A stretch of 32,370 bases of DNA from Candidatus Yonathbacteria bacterium RIFOXYD1_FULL_52_36 (GCA_001823605.1 MHUZ01000012.1:1-32370), one strand, 5' to 3'; counted from the stretch's first letter, positions 1-8,789 are shown. A program made the numbers and translations. Notes: generated by a model from the letters alone, not told the origin.

Positions 1-1
1 C

Positions 2-76
2 GACGAAGACGGCTCAAACATGGAAAATGAGCCCTATCTGATCGACGCCGACGCCTTCACAAAGACGTATACATAA
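2..76 (+). CDS. 3' end of a CDS truncated by the window edge (...DEDGSNMENEPYLIDADAFTKTYT*)
   Basis: Frame 2 is open to TAA at 74-76 and is followed directly by a terminator hairpin. Confidence 0.6.
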   Translation, partial: DEDGSNMENEPYLIDADAFTKTYT

Positions 77-89
77 GACCCTCGCCCAC

Positions 90-123
90 AAAAACCGCCA
101 CGGCTAAAGCCGCGGTGGTTTTT
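90..123 (+). terminator. Intrinsic terminator
   Basis: aaaaccgccacggc-taaa-gccgcggtggttttt: GC stem followed by a T tract. Confidence 0.75.
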
Positions 124-319
124 ACTTTCTGCTCTTGATCACTCTCACTAATTCCCCGAACCCTCGTACGGCGTACGTATGATCGTGCGGAGATTCTTTG
201 TGTACTTTTGTGATTATTATCCGCACTTTGTTAGAATGTAACCACCATAGACAAATCGTCCACAAAAATAAAACATTCGCTCGTAACACCTTTACAAAGT
301 CGGTGCTGGTCTTGAAATT

Positions 320-1036
320 ATGTCTGTACGTAAAAATATCGTAAATAAATACTCTGGTTTTGTTTGGTTACTCTCTTCTGCTTCGCTCTTTACATACGGA
401 GCTCTAGCCTCTGTGCACAAAACGCTTCCTGGTGTGGAGGAACTAGTGGCATACATGTCTACCGTAAGTGGAGCATACGTTTACGGAGTGGCATTTTTAT
501 CTATTTTCATTGAGGGTCTTTATGTTGTGGGGAGTTTCTTCCCCGGCTCGTCCCTCGTTGTGATTCTGGCTGTTTTATCACAAGTAGGAGGAAGTGCCAT
601 ATTTTTCATGACCATTGCATCCATTTTTCTGGGTTGGTGCGCTGCCGGGATGATAAATATATTATTTGCAAAAATGTATCACCGAAAAATTCTCAACAGA
701 GTATCTGATCCTGGATATTTGGTTCTCGGACGCCCTTGGGCAACATGGTTTCCTTCTTTCCGGGCGAATTATGAAGTGGCTCAGATTGTTGAAGGGGGTG
801 ACGTGTACAAGGTTTTGATTTCATCAATTCAGGTAAAGTTTTTTGTGAGTTTGGTTATGATGGGAGTGACTGCTTTGCTGCCATTGTTTTTAGATATACA
901 TGAGATTAACAACGAGGAAGGTTTTATAGTTTTGTTTACTGTGGCATCGATCTCACTTACGGTTGGCCTTATGAAAATTCGCAATGCATATTTTCTCAAG
1001 ATAACTAACGGCTGCGAAGGTCCGACCTCCATATGA
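320..1036 (+). CDS. DedA-like multi-pass membrane protein
   Basis: Several hydrophobic segments; IEGLYVVGSFFPGSSL matches the DedA E-x-G-x-PG signature; visibly AT-richer than neighbouring genes. Confidence 0.6.
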   Translation: MSVRKNIVNKYSGFVWLLSSASLFTYGALASVHKTLPGVEELVAYMSTVSGAYVYGVAFLSIFIEGLYVVGSFFPGSSLVVILAVLSQVGGSAIFFMTIASIFLGWCAAGMINILFAKMYHRKILNRVSDPGYLVLGRPWATWFPSFRANYEVAQIVEGGDVYKVLISSIQVKFFVSLVMMGVTALLPLFLDIHEINNEEGFIVLFTVASISLTVGLMKIRNAYFLKITNGCEGPTSI

Positions 1037-1168
1037 ATTCGGGTCCTTTTTAGCATAGCTTATTAAGAAGCAAATTGTTTCATTCATCATAGAAGTTCGA
1101 GCGAGGGTTTGCTTTTTCTTGGAAATCCACTACATTGAAGAAAGTTCTTTCTGCCACGGAGATCGCTC

Positions 1169-1753
1169 GTGAAACCAAAATACCTTACCGTAGAAGAAAT
1201 GCTTGGGATGGTCGAAGAATCGAACCGTCACGCCTGCATACGCATCCTCAATGACAACCGTAAGCTGTTCCAAACGGTTCAAGGATCCACCAACAACCAT
1301 CAGAACTGGCCCGGCGGCTACTTCGACCATGTGCAAGAGATCATGAACATCGCGATCGTCTTGTATGAACGACTGGACTCTATTCGTCCTTTGCCGTTCT
1401 CGATCTCGGACTTGTTGCTCGTTGTGTACTTCCACGACATTGAAAAGCCGTGGAAGTACGAGCTTCGCGAAGATGGGCAACTTCATCACAAGGCGGCCAT
1501 GCAGAACAAGGAGGAACACCAGCGTTTCCGTATGGCGAAGCTCGCGGAATATGGTGTTGTGTTCACAACCGAGCAAGAAAACGGCATGCGGTACGCCGAG
1601 GGTGAATTGGGCGATTACACAAATCGTCATCGCGTCATGGGGCCGCTTGCGTGTGTTGCCCACATGTGCGATGTAGCGAGCGCACGCCTCTGGTTTGATC
1701 ATCCTTTAGAGACCGCCGACCCATGGACAGGCGCTGGGCGATTCCGCACCTAG
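1169..1753 (+). CDS. Stand-alone HD-superfamily metal-dependent phosphohydrolase (YhaM-like HD domain)
   Basis: HQNWPGGYFDH (compare YhaM HHxxxGGLxxH), FHDIEK HD motif, distal HMCD aspartate; GTG start with GGAG upstream. Confidence 0.7.
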   Translation: MKPKYLTVEEMLGMVEESNRHACIRILNDNRKLFQTVQGSTNNHQNWPGGYFDHVQEIMNIAIVLYERLDSIRPLPFSISDLLLVVYFHDIEKPWKYELREDGQLHHKAAMQNKEEHQRFRMAKLAEYGVVFTTEQENGMRYAEGELGDYTNRHRVMGPLACVAHMCDVASARLWFDHPLETADPWTGAGRFRT

Positions 1754-1771
1754 GTTTATGAGCAGGCAAAC

Positions 1772-1804
1772 AAATAGCGAGGAAATCTCTCCTCGCTATT
1801 TTTC
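1772..1804. terminator. Bidirectional terminator between convergent genes
   Basis: aaatagcgagga-aatctc-tcctcgctattttt. Confidence 0.8.
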
Positions 1805-1823
1805 TTGCATCCGACAGTGTCCG

Positions 1824-2162
1824 CTACACCGTCGACATATCAACACGTTCAACAATGTCGATCCATGCGCCGGGGATGTCGAAGTGCGGCGAGTCGCGAA
1901 ATATTTCCGCCGCCGCATCTGCTGTCTCAGCTTGCACAATCGAGTACCCGCCTACATCATTCTTCGCATTCGCCACGCTGTTTTTCATGACCCGCTTCGT
2001 CGAGCCGAGCGCCATACCGGGATCAACGAAATGCTTCTTGTGGATCTCCATCCATTTGTTCCACTCATCCATGCCTTTTTCCATCTCCTCCCTATCCGTC
2101 GATGCCATCATTTTTTCGAATTCCGCGATCGGGGCCATGTAGAGCACTATGAATGTTTTCAT
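1824..2162 (-). CDS. YciI/DGPF-like (YCII-related) protein
   Basis: 112 aa; MKTFIVLY...W..W...DPGMAL...VGGYSIVQAET.DAA.EI..DSPH is the typical YCII pattern. Confidence 0.7.
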   Translation of the reverse strand: MKTFIVLYMAPIAEFEKMMASTDREEMEKGMDEWNKWMEIHKKHFVDPGMALGSTKRVMKNSVANAKNDVGGYSIVQAETADAAAEIFRDSPHFDIPGAWIDIVERVDMSTV

Positions 2163-2260
2163 ATTTTTATTTAGCTGATAACAATCTACATCACCCTTCT
2201 CACCAAAACCATTGCAATCGTGGGGATTTGATATCGTGCCTATTCAATTGCAGGGCGCTC

Positions 2261-3700
2261 TTAATCCTCTGGTGTCACCGTGATCGTTGCCGAGGCGCTG
2301 CGTCCGCTCCCTGCTCCGGTGAACGTGTACGTGTATGTTCCCGGGGTATTTGATACGGACATTGATCCCGTCGAGAAGTTGCCACCACCATCGGCGTGCA
2401 CGGTCTTAAGCGTCACACCGCCGCTCGCAACCGTTACATTTTCCTCACGGCCAAAGTTGTGGCCCAAGAAGTTGATGCTTCTCCCCGCCTCAACGGTCTC
2501 GCCATTTTGATCGATGGCTGCGGGTGATGTAGGAGTGTAGGGCGGATATACGGAGCCGCCGTTATTATTACCCCCTCCACCTCCTCCGCCATTTGCAATG
2601 AGTTGCTGGATGAGCACCATCAGTTCGGCAATCTTTTGCCACAACCGATTGATCTCTGCCTGAATCGCCGCAAGGTCAGGTGTCGTGGTTGCAGTACTTG
2701 TCGTCATGAATGTCTGATCGGTCGATGTCGCCATGTTCCCTGCCGCATCAGCGGACAGTACCTGAAAATGGTACGTCGTGTTTGATGCAAGACCCGAGAG
2801 TGCGGTCGAGTGACTGGTCATGAGCGTGCTGTCGAGCGTGCTTGATGCGGTGTATGTAGAGGTGGTGCCATACCGCACTTGCATCGTAGTCGGTTCATTG
2901 GTCATCCATGAGATCGTTGCTCCCGTCGTTGATGCCATTGCAGCGATCGACGAAATCGTTGGCGCTGTGGCGTCAGTACTCGTGCTCGTCGTGGTCATGA
3001 ACATTTGATCGGTTGACGTCGCCGTATTCCCTACTGCGTCAGCAGATCGTGCTTGGAAGTGGTACGTCGTGTTGGGCGACAGGCCCGAGAGCATGACCGT
3101 GTGACTGGTCATGAGCGTGCTGTCGAGCGTGCTCGATGCGGTGTATGCAGAGGTGGTGCCATACGAGACCTGCATCGTAGTTGGCTCATTGGTCATCCAC
3201 GAGATCGTCGCGCTGGTGGTCGTGGCACTTGCCGTAAGTGCTGAGATCACGGGCGCAGTGGTGTCGGTGGTGGTAGACGCCATGGTCGTAAAGGTCTGGT
3301 CTGCAGATGTCGTGGTCGCGGTTGATGTGCCGGCAGAACGCACCTGGAAGTGGTAGAGCGTGTTAGCAACAAGCCCCGAGAGCGTCGCCATATGGCTTGT
3401 GGTGGTCGCCGGATTATATGCAGACCACGTTCCATACGCCGTGGTCGTACCGTATGCCACTTGCGATGTCGCACCAATGTCCGTCATCCACGTAATGTTT
3501 GCCGTGGTCGGGGTCGTGCTTGTTGCAACGATACTCGACACGACCGGCGATGTTGTCGCTGTCTGCGCATTCGCTCGATCCGCCTGAACAAGTAATAGTC
3601 CGCCCAAAAACAAAGCCTCAAGAATTCCTACCGCGAGAATTCCCGCGGCGCGTGCCCGCAATGGAGTGCCCATTGTTGGGGTGTTCATTAGTGTATTCAT
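2261..3700 (-). CDS. Secreted Thr-rich protein with three fibronectin type III-like repeats and a C-terminal Ig-like domain
   Basis: Signal-like N-terminus ending ANA-Q; three A.I.WMT...QV.YG...GL..NT.YHFQ repeats; short coiled coil, Gly linker, beta-rich C-terminus. Confidence 0.8.
   Translation of the reverse strand: MNTLMNTPTMGTPLRARAAGILAVGILEALFLGGLLLVQADRANAQTATTSPVVSSIVATSTTPTTANITWMTDIGATSQVAYGTTTAYGTWSAYNPATTTSHMATLSGLVANTLYHFQVRSAGTSTATTTSADQTFTTMASTTTDTTAPVISALTASATTTSATISWMTNEPTTMQVSYGTTSAYTASSTLDSTLMTSHTVMLSGLSPNTTYHFQARSADAVGNTATSTDQMFMTTTSTSTDATAPTISSIAAMASTTGATISWMTNEPTTMQVRYGTTSTYTASSTLDSTLMTSHSTALSGLASNTTYHFQVLSADAAGNMATSTDQTFMTTSTATTTPDLAAIQAEINRLWQKIAELMVLIQQLIANGGGGGGGNNNGGSVYPPYTPTSPAAIDQNGETVEAGRSINFLGHNFGREENVTVASGGVTLKTVHADGGGNFSTGSMSVSNTPGTYTYTFTGAGSGRSASATITVTPED
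2700..3270 (-). repeat. Recent intragenic tandem duplication (Fn3 units 2 and 3, ~290 bp each)
   Basis: gactggtcatgagcgtgctgtcgagcgtgct occurs at ~2812 and ~3103; the peptides WMTNEPTTMQV and YTASSTLDSTLMTSH are identical in both units. Confidence 0.8.
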
Positions 3701-3997
3701 ATGCTTTTAAATTATGTAATAAAGGTTCCTCGCAGCAAGCTGACGAGGTGTTGAACCTATAGTTCGTCTTCGCTCGGACGCTGTGTACGAGGGCACTCAT
3801 CCACGCGATCCTCGCTAGCCGAAATAAATTCTTATGCCCATATTTCTGTGTCCCTACCTAAACAAAAAACAGGTTCACGGGTCGCAGAAAAATGTAAGCG
3901 TTCACTATACTCCTTGAGTGGTGAACTGTCGGTGAATCACCCTGTGTAGAAATATCCGCAATTTTCATGAGACTTCTTGTGGTAGACTTTTCTTGCC

Positions 3998-4537
3998 ATG
4001 ATCACCCAAAGACGCATATTCTGGGCAGTGCTGTTCACGCTCGTACTACTGATGAACCTGCTCGGCGCCACCCCGGAAAAACTCCCCGCTGCGGAAGATC
4101 GAGGGAATGCTCTCGAACTCTCCCGTGAAACTGCCACCACAACCGAAGCGCTCGTGGTGCGCGTGATCGACGGCGATACGATCGAGATCGAGGGCGGTGA
4201 GCGCGTACGCTACATCGGCATCGACACACCAGAGCTTCACCACGGAAATCAGGATCTTGAATGCTTTGGAGAGGAAGCAAAAAATCAGAACGAGCAATTG
4301 GTGCTCGGGAAACGCGTCACCTTGGTGCGCGATGTGAGCAATCGCGACAAGTACGGTCGCCTACTTCGGTATGTATTCGTGGGCGACACCTTTGTGAACG
4401 GAGTACTTGTGCAAAATGGTTTTGCACACTCGGCGAGTTATCCGCCGGATATTTCTCGCCAAGAAGAATTGCGCGAGGCGGAACGCCAAGCACGCACCAA
4501 CGCACGCGGACTCTGGAGCGCCTGTTCCCAAACATAA
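3998..4537 (+). CDS. Thermonuclease (staphylococcal nuclease family), N-terminally anchored or secreted
   Basis: RVIDGDT, VRYIGIDTPE, RDKYGRLLRYV and RGLW motifs; hydrophobic N-terminus. Confidence 0.92.
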   Translation: MITQRRIFWAVLFTLVLLMNLLGATPEKLPAAEDRGNALELSRETATTTEALVVRVIDGDTIEIEGGERVRYIGIDTPELHHGNQDLECFGEEAKNQNEQLVLGKRVTLVRDVSNRDKYGRLLRYVFVGDTFVNGVLVQNGFAHSASYPPDISRQEELREAERQARTNARGLWSACSQT

Positions 4538-4562
4538 TCGGTGCGCGTGCTACAATATCCTC

Positions 4563-5030
4563 ATGCAACCGAGAGACGTATTGATCGAATGGAAAACGCC
4601 GGCATACGAGTATCGACCCAAAACCGCCGATTGGTATTGGGCGCTCTGCATCATTGCCATTTCCGGCGCGATCGCAGCATTCTTTTTTGAAAACTACCTC
4701 TTTTCTGCACTCATTTTGATCGGCGCATTTACGCTGGCACTCTACGGATCAAAGCAACCGCCGATCGTTACCGTGGCGATCCGTGAACGCGGGATTAACA
4801 TAGACCACACACTCTATCCATTCCTCTCCCTCAAGTCATTCTGGGTGACCGATGGTCCACAGCCGAAGCTCATGCTCATCTCACGGCAAACACTGGTACC
4901 CTATATCATCACGCCGCTTTGCGATGAGGTGAATCCTGAATCGGTACGAGAGCTCCTGCTTGAATTTCTCGAAGAAGAGAAGATGGTCGAGCCATTTCCC
5001 CACCGGCTGATGGACCGCTTGGGATTCTAG
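4563..5030 (+). CDS. Hypothetical two-TM membrane protein with a C-terminal soluble domain
   Basis: EWKTPAYEYRPKTADWYW then two TM helices. ATG at 4563 lies 6 nt after TGcTACAAT, so it is preferred over the ORF-track start at 4407. Confidence 0.7.
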   Translation: MQPRDVLIEWKTPAYEYRPKTADWYWALCIIAISGAIAAFFFENYLFSALILIGAFTLALYGSKQPPIVTVAIRERGINIDHTLYPFLSLKSFWVTDGPQPKLMLISRQTLVPYIITPLCDEVNPESVRELLLEFLEEEKMVEPFPHRLMDRLGF

Positions 5031-5093
5031 AAAATATGTGGTACAGTATCGCCACCGAAAGCGTCTGATATTTATGTCAGGCGCTTAAGAAAT

Positions 5094-5165
5094 GCCCTCG
5101 TCGTTCAATGGATAGGATGCTAGCTTGCGGAGCTTGCGATGCAGGTTCGATTCCTGCCGAGGGCA
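5094..5165 (+). tRNA. tRNA-Arg(GCG)
   Basis: Acceptor GCCCTCG/CGAGGGC, anticodon loop TT-GCG-GA, T arm GCAGG-TTCGATT-CCTGC; CCA not encoded. Confidence 0.92.
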
Positions 5166-5355
5166 CAAAAATAAGGAGGGTGATGCGGAGCATCGGGCGA
5201 CTATATTTTTGTCGCCCTCGGCAGGAATCGAAGGCCGGAGGCGGTATACAAGACGAGTGAAGCGAGTGCTTGTCGCCGAGGCGGGGTCGCGAGTACTTAG
5301 TGCTCACAGTTCCGTAATCGGAATAAGAACACTTAGTAACTCGTGACCGATTCCT
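5166..5355 (+). repeat. tRNA 3'-associated structured element (anti-tRNA copy, hairpins, partial T-arm copy)
   Basis: 5214-5232 is the exact reverse complement of tRNA bases 5146-5164; two hairpins follow; CGATTCCT at 5348-5355. Confidence 0.8.
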
Positions 5356-5367
5356 TTGTGTTCGTAT

Positions 5368-5439
5368 CCCCTCGTCGTTCAATGGATAGGATACCTCCCT
5401 CCGAAGGAGGTGATGCAGGTTCGATTCCTGCCGAGGGGA
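5368..5439 (+). tRNA. tRNA-Arg(CCG)
   Basis: Acceptor CCCCTCG/CGAGGGG, anticodon arm CCTCC-CT-CCG-AA-GGAGG, T arm identical to the upstream tRNA; CCA not encoded. Confidence 0.93.
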
Positions 5440-5610
5440 CAGGCAAAAAGAAAACTCACGAATGTTCGTGAGTTTTCTTTTTGCCTGTCCCCGAGAGCAC
5501 CTGAACTGCTTCAGGTGCGTGCAGGAATCGAAAAGGTTCTCCCTTATTTTTTAGGATGTACTCATCCGAAAAAATGGGAAACCTGTACTGCTCCGGTACG
5601 GAGAGATTCC
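5435..5610 (+). repeat. tRNA 3'-associated structured element
   Basis: Perfect 28-bp inverted repeat (5435-5462/5465-5492), a 9-bp hairpin, anti-T-arm GCAGGAATCGAA at 5521-5532, further hairpins, GATTCC at 5605-5610. Confidence 0.8.
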
Positions 5611-5713
5611 CTCCCCCACCCTCCCCAAAAAAGTTTTCCCCTCCCCATCTCCCCCATTTCCCAAATTCTTCTATATACTAGAGTCATTACTCGCGCGTGT
5701 AGCAGATCTTTTT

Positions 5714-6943
5714 ATGGACGGATTCTTTTACCTCATCAAGTACGTACTCCTGCAGGGCTTCGGACTCTTTATCGCGCTCCTTGCCGGAGCAGTATTTACG
5801 TACATCGTCCTCCGCAAGCTTCATTCCAGAAAAACCGCGATCCTCTTGTTCGTTCTTTTCTTTGGCATCTTCTTGTTCCTCTACGCTCCGCGCGCCTTCC
5901 CCAACCAGCTCCAGTACCCCTTTGGGCTCACAACCTATGGTCCCGCAGACTCTCCTGCGCTTCCTCTCAAGAACGTCTACACTTTTTTCAGTAAGCTTGA
6001 TCAGTTCGAACGCATTCCCGACATCGCACGCGACCCTAACGACATTCCTCCGCCCATCACGCGCACCGAGAACGAAACCGTAGAGATCACCATGACTGCA
6101 AAAGAAGTCATTGCTGAAATGGCGCCGGGTGTCGTGATGAACTACTGGACCTACGATGGACGAGTTCCCGGACCGTTCGTCCGCATTCTTGAAGGCGATA
6201 CCGTACACTTCACACTCAAGAACGATCCGACAAGTATTCATCGCCACAATATTGACCTCCACGCCGTAACCGGTCCCGGTGGCGGTGCTGTTGCAACAAA
6301 CGTCGCACCGGGAGAATCAAAAACATTCACCTTCAAAGCCCTCAACCCCGGACTCTATGTTTATCACTGTGCGCACCCAAATGTCGGCAATCATATGGCA
6401 CACGGCATGTATGGGCTCATCCTCGTTCAGCCAAAAAATATCGCTGATCTTCCCGCCGTCGACAAAGAATTCTATGTGATGCAGGGGGAGTTCTACCCCA
6501 AGGGCACCATCGGCACAAAAGGACTTCAGGTAATGGACGCTCAGAAGTTCCTCGACGGAAAGCCGGAGTACATCGTCTTCAACGGCAAGATCGGTGGCGC
6601 TGTAGGTAAGATGGAAGCGAAAACTGGTGAGACGGTACGCGTGTATGTTGGCAATGGTGGCGTGAATCTCATCTCATCGTTCCACGCCATTGGCGAGATA
6701 TTCGATCGCGTCTTCCCCGAAGGAGCGATCGGCTCCGCACCGCACCAGAACGTGCAGACCACGCTCGTCCCAGCAGGAGGAGCGACGATCGTCGACTTTG
6801 CACTCCAGGTTCCCGGAACATTTATTTTCGTTGATCACGCACTCGCCCGCCTTGATCGTGGAGCATATGGAAATCTCAAAGTCACCGGCGATCCTGACCT
6901 TTCGGTATTCGACGGAGAGATCTCTTCAGGCGGCGGACATTAA
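5714..6943 (+). CDS. nirK: Copper-containing nitrite reductase with an N-terminal two-TM anchor
   Basis: HNIDLH (type 1/type 2 Cu His, catalytic Asp), YHCAHPNVGNHMAHGM (His-Cys...His...Met), SSFHAIGEIFD (catalytic His), FVDH. Confidence 0.92.
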   Translation: MDGFFYLIKYVLLQGFGLFIALLAGAVFTYIVLRKLHSRKTAILLFVLFFGIFLFLYAPRAFPNQLQYPFGLTTYGPADSPALPLKNVYTFFSKLDQFERIPDIARDPNDIPPPITRTENETVEITMTAKEVIAEMAPGVVMNYWTYDGRVPGPFVRILEGDTVHFTLKNDPTSIHRHNIDLHAVTGPGGGAVATNVAPGESKTFTFKALNPGLYVYHCAHPNVGNHMAHGMYGLILVQPKNIADLPAVDKEFYVMQGEFYPKGTIGTKGLQVMDAQKFLDGKPEYIVFNGKIGGAVGKMEAKTGETVRVYVGNGGVNLISSFHAIGEIFDRVFPEGAIGSAPHQNVQTTLVPAGGATIVDFALQVPGTFIFVDHALARLDRGAYGNLKVTGDPDLSVFDGEISSGGGH

Positions 6944-6956
6944 TTCTTAAACCTTT

Positions 6957-8354
6957 ATGCTTACCCAAGAACTCATCGAGTACATTCGCCAGGCACAAAA
7001 TGCCGGTATGACCCCGGAACAGATCCGCAAAGCGCTTGCCGAAAGCGGCTGGGCTGAGGCCGATATCACCCAAGCGCTCTCCGCGATGAACGCCGCGTTT
7101 GATTCCGGTCGTGCAGATCGCATTGCGGCAAGTGTCACCCCTGCTACCGCAACGACATCAAACAACCTCTCTCCGACAACAGAATCTTCCCCTCCTGCCG
7201 TACGTGAGCCCATCATTCAAAATGAAAACCCCATCGACGCTACGCCACCAGAAACTCGTGCCCCCCACAAGCGCACTGCACTCATTGTTACACTCCTTGT
7301 GCTCGGGCTCATCATACTCGGTGGTGCATACGTCGCCTATGCGATCTATGCACAAACACCAGGTGCAATGCTTTCGCGCGCCGAAGACAACGCCTCTTCA
7401 ACGCATACGTATGTAAGTGACATCTTTATGGGAGTATCCGCCAAAGAAACCGGGCAGTATTCATCGGCACAGCCAATGACCGCTTCATTCTCGCTTAACG
7501 CGCGCTCAGAGGAAGACCTTCGCGATACGGCAAATCCAAAAATGCACGCGACGGCAACACTTACAGGAAACTTCGGCGGCGTGAGTGCTTCAGGAGATCT
7601 CGAGGCTACACTCTTGGAGAAAACTTTTTTTATCCGCATAAAAGACCTTCCTGCATTCGTTGCCGCCATTGATGCCGACTTCGCTGCATATATCCGTGGC
7701 AGATGGTTCTCGATCGATGCGCAAAAATTTCCCGACGGCTTGCGCGCGCTTGGTGCATCAGAAGACGATGTCACTGAGACACGTGCATGGCTTACTGAAA
7801 CGCTCACGTTCAAAAACCGATACATGAGCCTATCGCAGACCCTTACGGATTTTCTTGCACTCACCAAACCCGAAAGCCCTATTGCCGGGTTCTCCCTCAA
7901 GGAAACCGGTGAAACGATCATTGGAGATGAGAGCACCCGCTCCTACTTCGTGAGCGGTACCAAGGAGGCATGGATCGCTCTCGCCGAAGAAGGCGCAAAA
8001 ACTCGGCCGGAGGTGGAGCGTACCGCCATTGAAAGATCTATCGCAGAACTGCGCAACAACACAACAGCTAAAGATCTTGCCTTGGCAGTAACATTCTGGG
8101 TGGGCAAAGAATCTCATATGCTCCGAAAATACGAGGTGGTGGTTTCCGGGATAGAACAAAGAGAAGCATCTAACGGACTCCGGCCTGAGAGCACTCCGTT
8201 ATCAGTTGAATTCACCTTCCGTTTTTCAGAGATCTTCAGTGCATTCAACGAACCTGTTACGGTCATTCGTCCCGACCCCGCAACGCCGCTCATCGAAGTT
8301 CTCGAGCAGGCACAGCGCACGGTACTTGATCAGTCAACGGGTGCACCGCGTTAA
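6957..8354 (+). CDS. Hypothetical single-pass membrane protein (small N-terminal helical domain, Pro/Thr linker, TM, beta-rich extracellular domain, possibly LolA/LppX-like)
   Basis: YIRQAQNAGMTPEQIRKALAESGW N-terminus; TM at ~aa 108-131; TFWVGKESHMLRK resembles LolA-fold C-termini (weak); starts 13 nt after nirK. Confidence 0.6.
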   Translation: MLTQELIEYIRQAQNAGMTPEQIRKALAESGWAEADITQALSAMNAAFDSGRADRIAASVTPATATTSNNLSPTTESSPPAVREPIIQNENPIDATPPETRAPHKRTALIVTLLVLGLIILGGAYVAYAIYAQTPGAMLSRAEDNASSTHTYVSDIFMGVSAKETGQYSSAQPMTASFSLNARSEEDLRDTANPKMHATATLTGNFGGVSASGDLEATLLEKTFFIRIKDLPAFVAAIDADFAAYIRGRWFSIDAQKFPDGLRALGASEDDVTETRAWLTETLTFKNRYMSLSQTLTDFLALTKPESPIAGFSLKETGETIIGDESTRSYFVSGTKEAWIALAEEGAKTRPEVERTAIERSIAELRNNTTAKDLALAVTFWVGKESHMLRKYEVVVSGIEQREASNGLRPESTPLSVEFTFRFSEIFSAFNEPVTVIRPDPATPLIEVLEQAQRTVLDQSTGAPR

Positions 8355-8372
8355 AAATTGTGGTTAGCATTA

Positions 8373-8412
8373 AACAAAAAAACCGCGCTCTATGGAGCGC
8401 GGTTTTTTTGTT
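8373..8412. terminator. Bidirectional terminator
   Basis: aacaaaaaaaccgcgctc-tatg-gagcgcggtttttttgtt. Confidence 0.85.
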
Positions 8413-8414
8413 GG

Positions 8415-8735
8415 CTATGCGTTTTGTTCGATAGGAAGTCCTCCGCGGATCCAGCCGGAGATCCCGCCCATGAGATTGTAGACTGCGGTAAACTCACGTT
8501 GCTCCATTTCTGCCACTGCGCGTGCCGAGCGTCCGCCAGTCGCACAGTACACGACATACGGGTGACTCTTGTCGAGAGATTCGATCTTCTCGAGAAAATC
8601 CGGTGTCGAAATATCGATATTGATCGCGCGCTCCAAATGCGCTTCGCCATATTCTTCCGGAGTGCGTACGTCAATGATCGTTGTCGCAGCTTCCTCAATG
8701 AGCTTTCGTGCGTCTTCTAATGTAATGATATTCAT
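8415..8735 (-). CDS. Single-domain rhodanese (sulfurtransferase)
   Basis: IIDVRTPEEY..AHLERA, active loop YCATGGRS, NLMGGISGW...LP; start taken at MNIIT. Confidence 0.9.
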   Translation of the reverse strand: MNIITLEDARKLIEEAATTIIDVRTPEEYGEAHLERAINIDISTPDFLEKIESLDKSHPYVVYCATGGRSARAVAEMEQREFTAVYNLMGGISGWIRGGLPIEQNA

Positions 8736-8789
8736 AGGAATTGGTTGCCCCAACACCTCATGGGTGCTGGGGTATTTCAATGGTAGCAC

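Noticed and set aside
5608..5662. G-quadruplex upstream of nirK (C runs on the plus strand)
   Set aside because: The pattern is present but there is no evidence of function; similar C-rich patches precede other promoters (e.g. ~24706-24750).
5077..5994. ORFs 5077-5382, 5125-5346 and 5356-5994
   Set aside because: They overlap tRNA genes or nirK in another frame; shadow ORFs.
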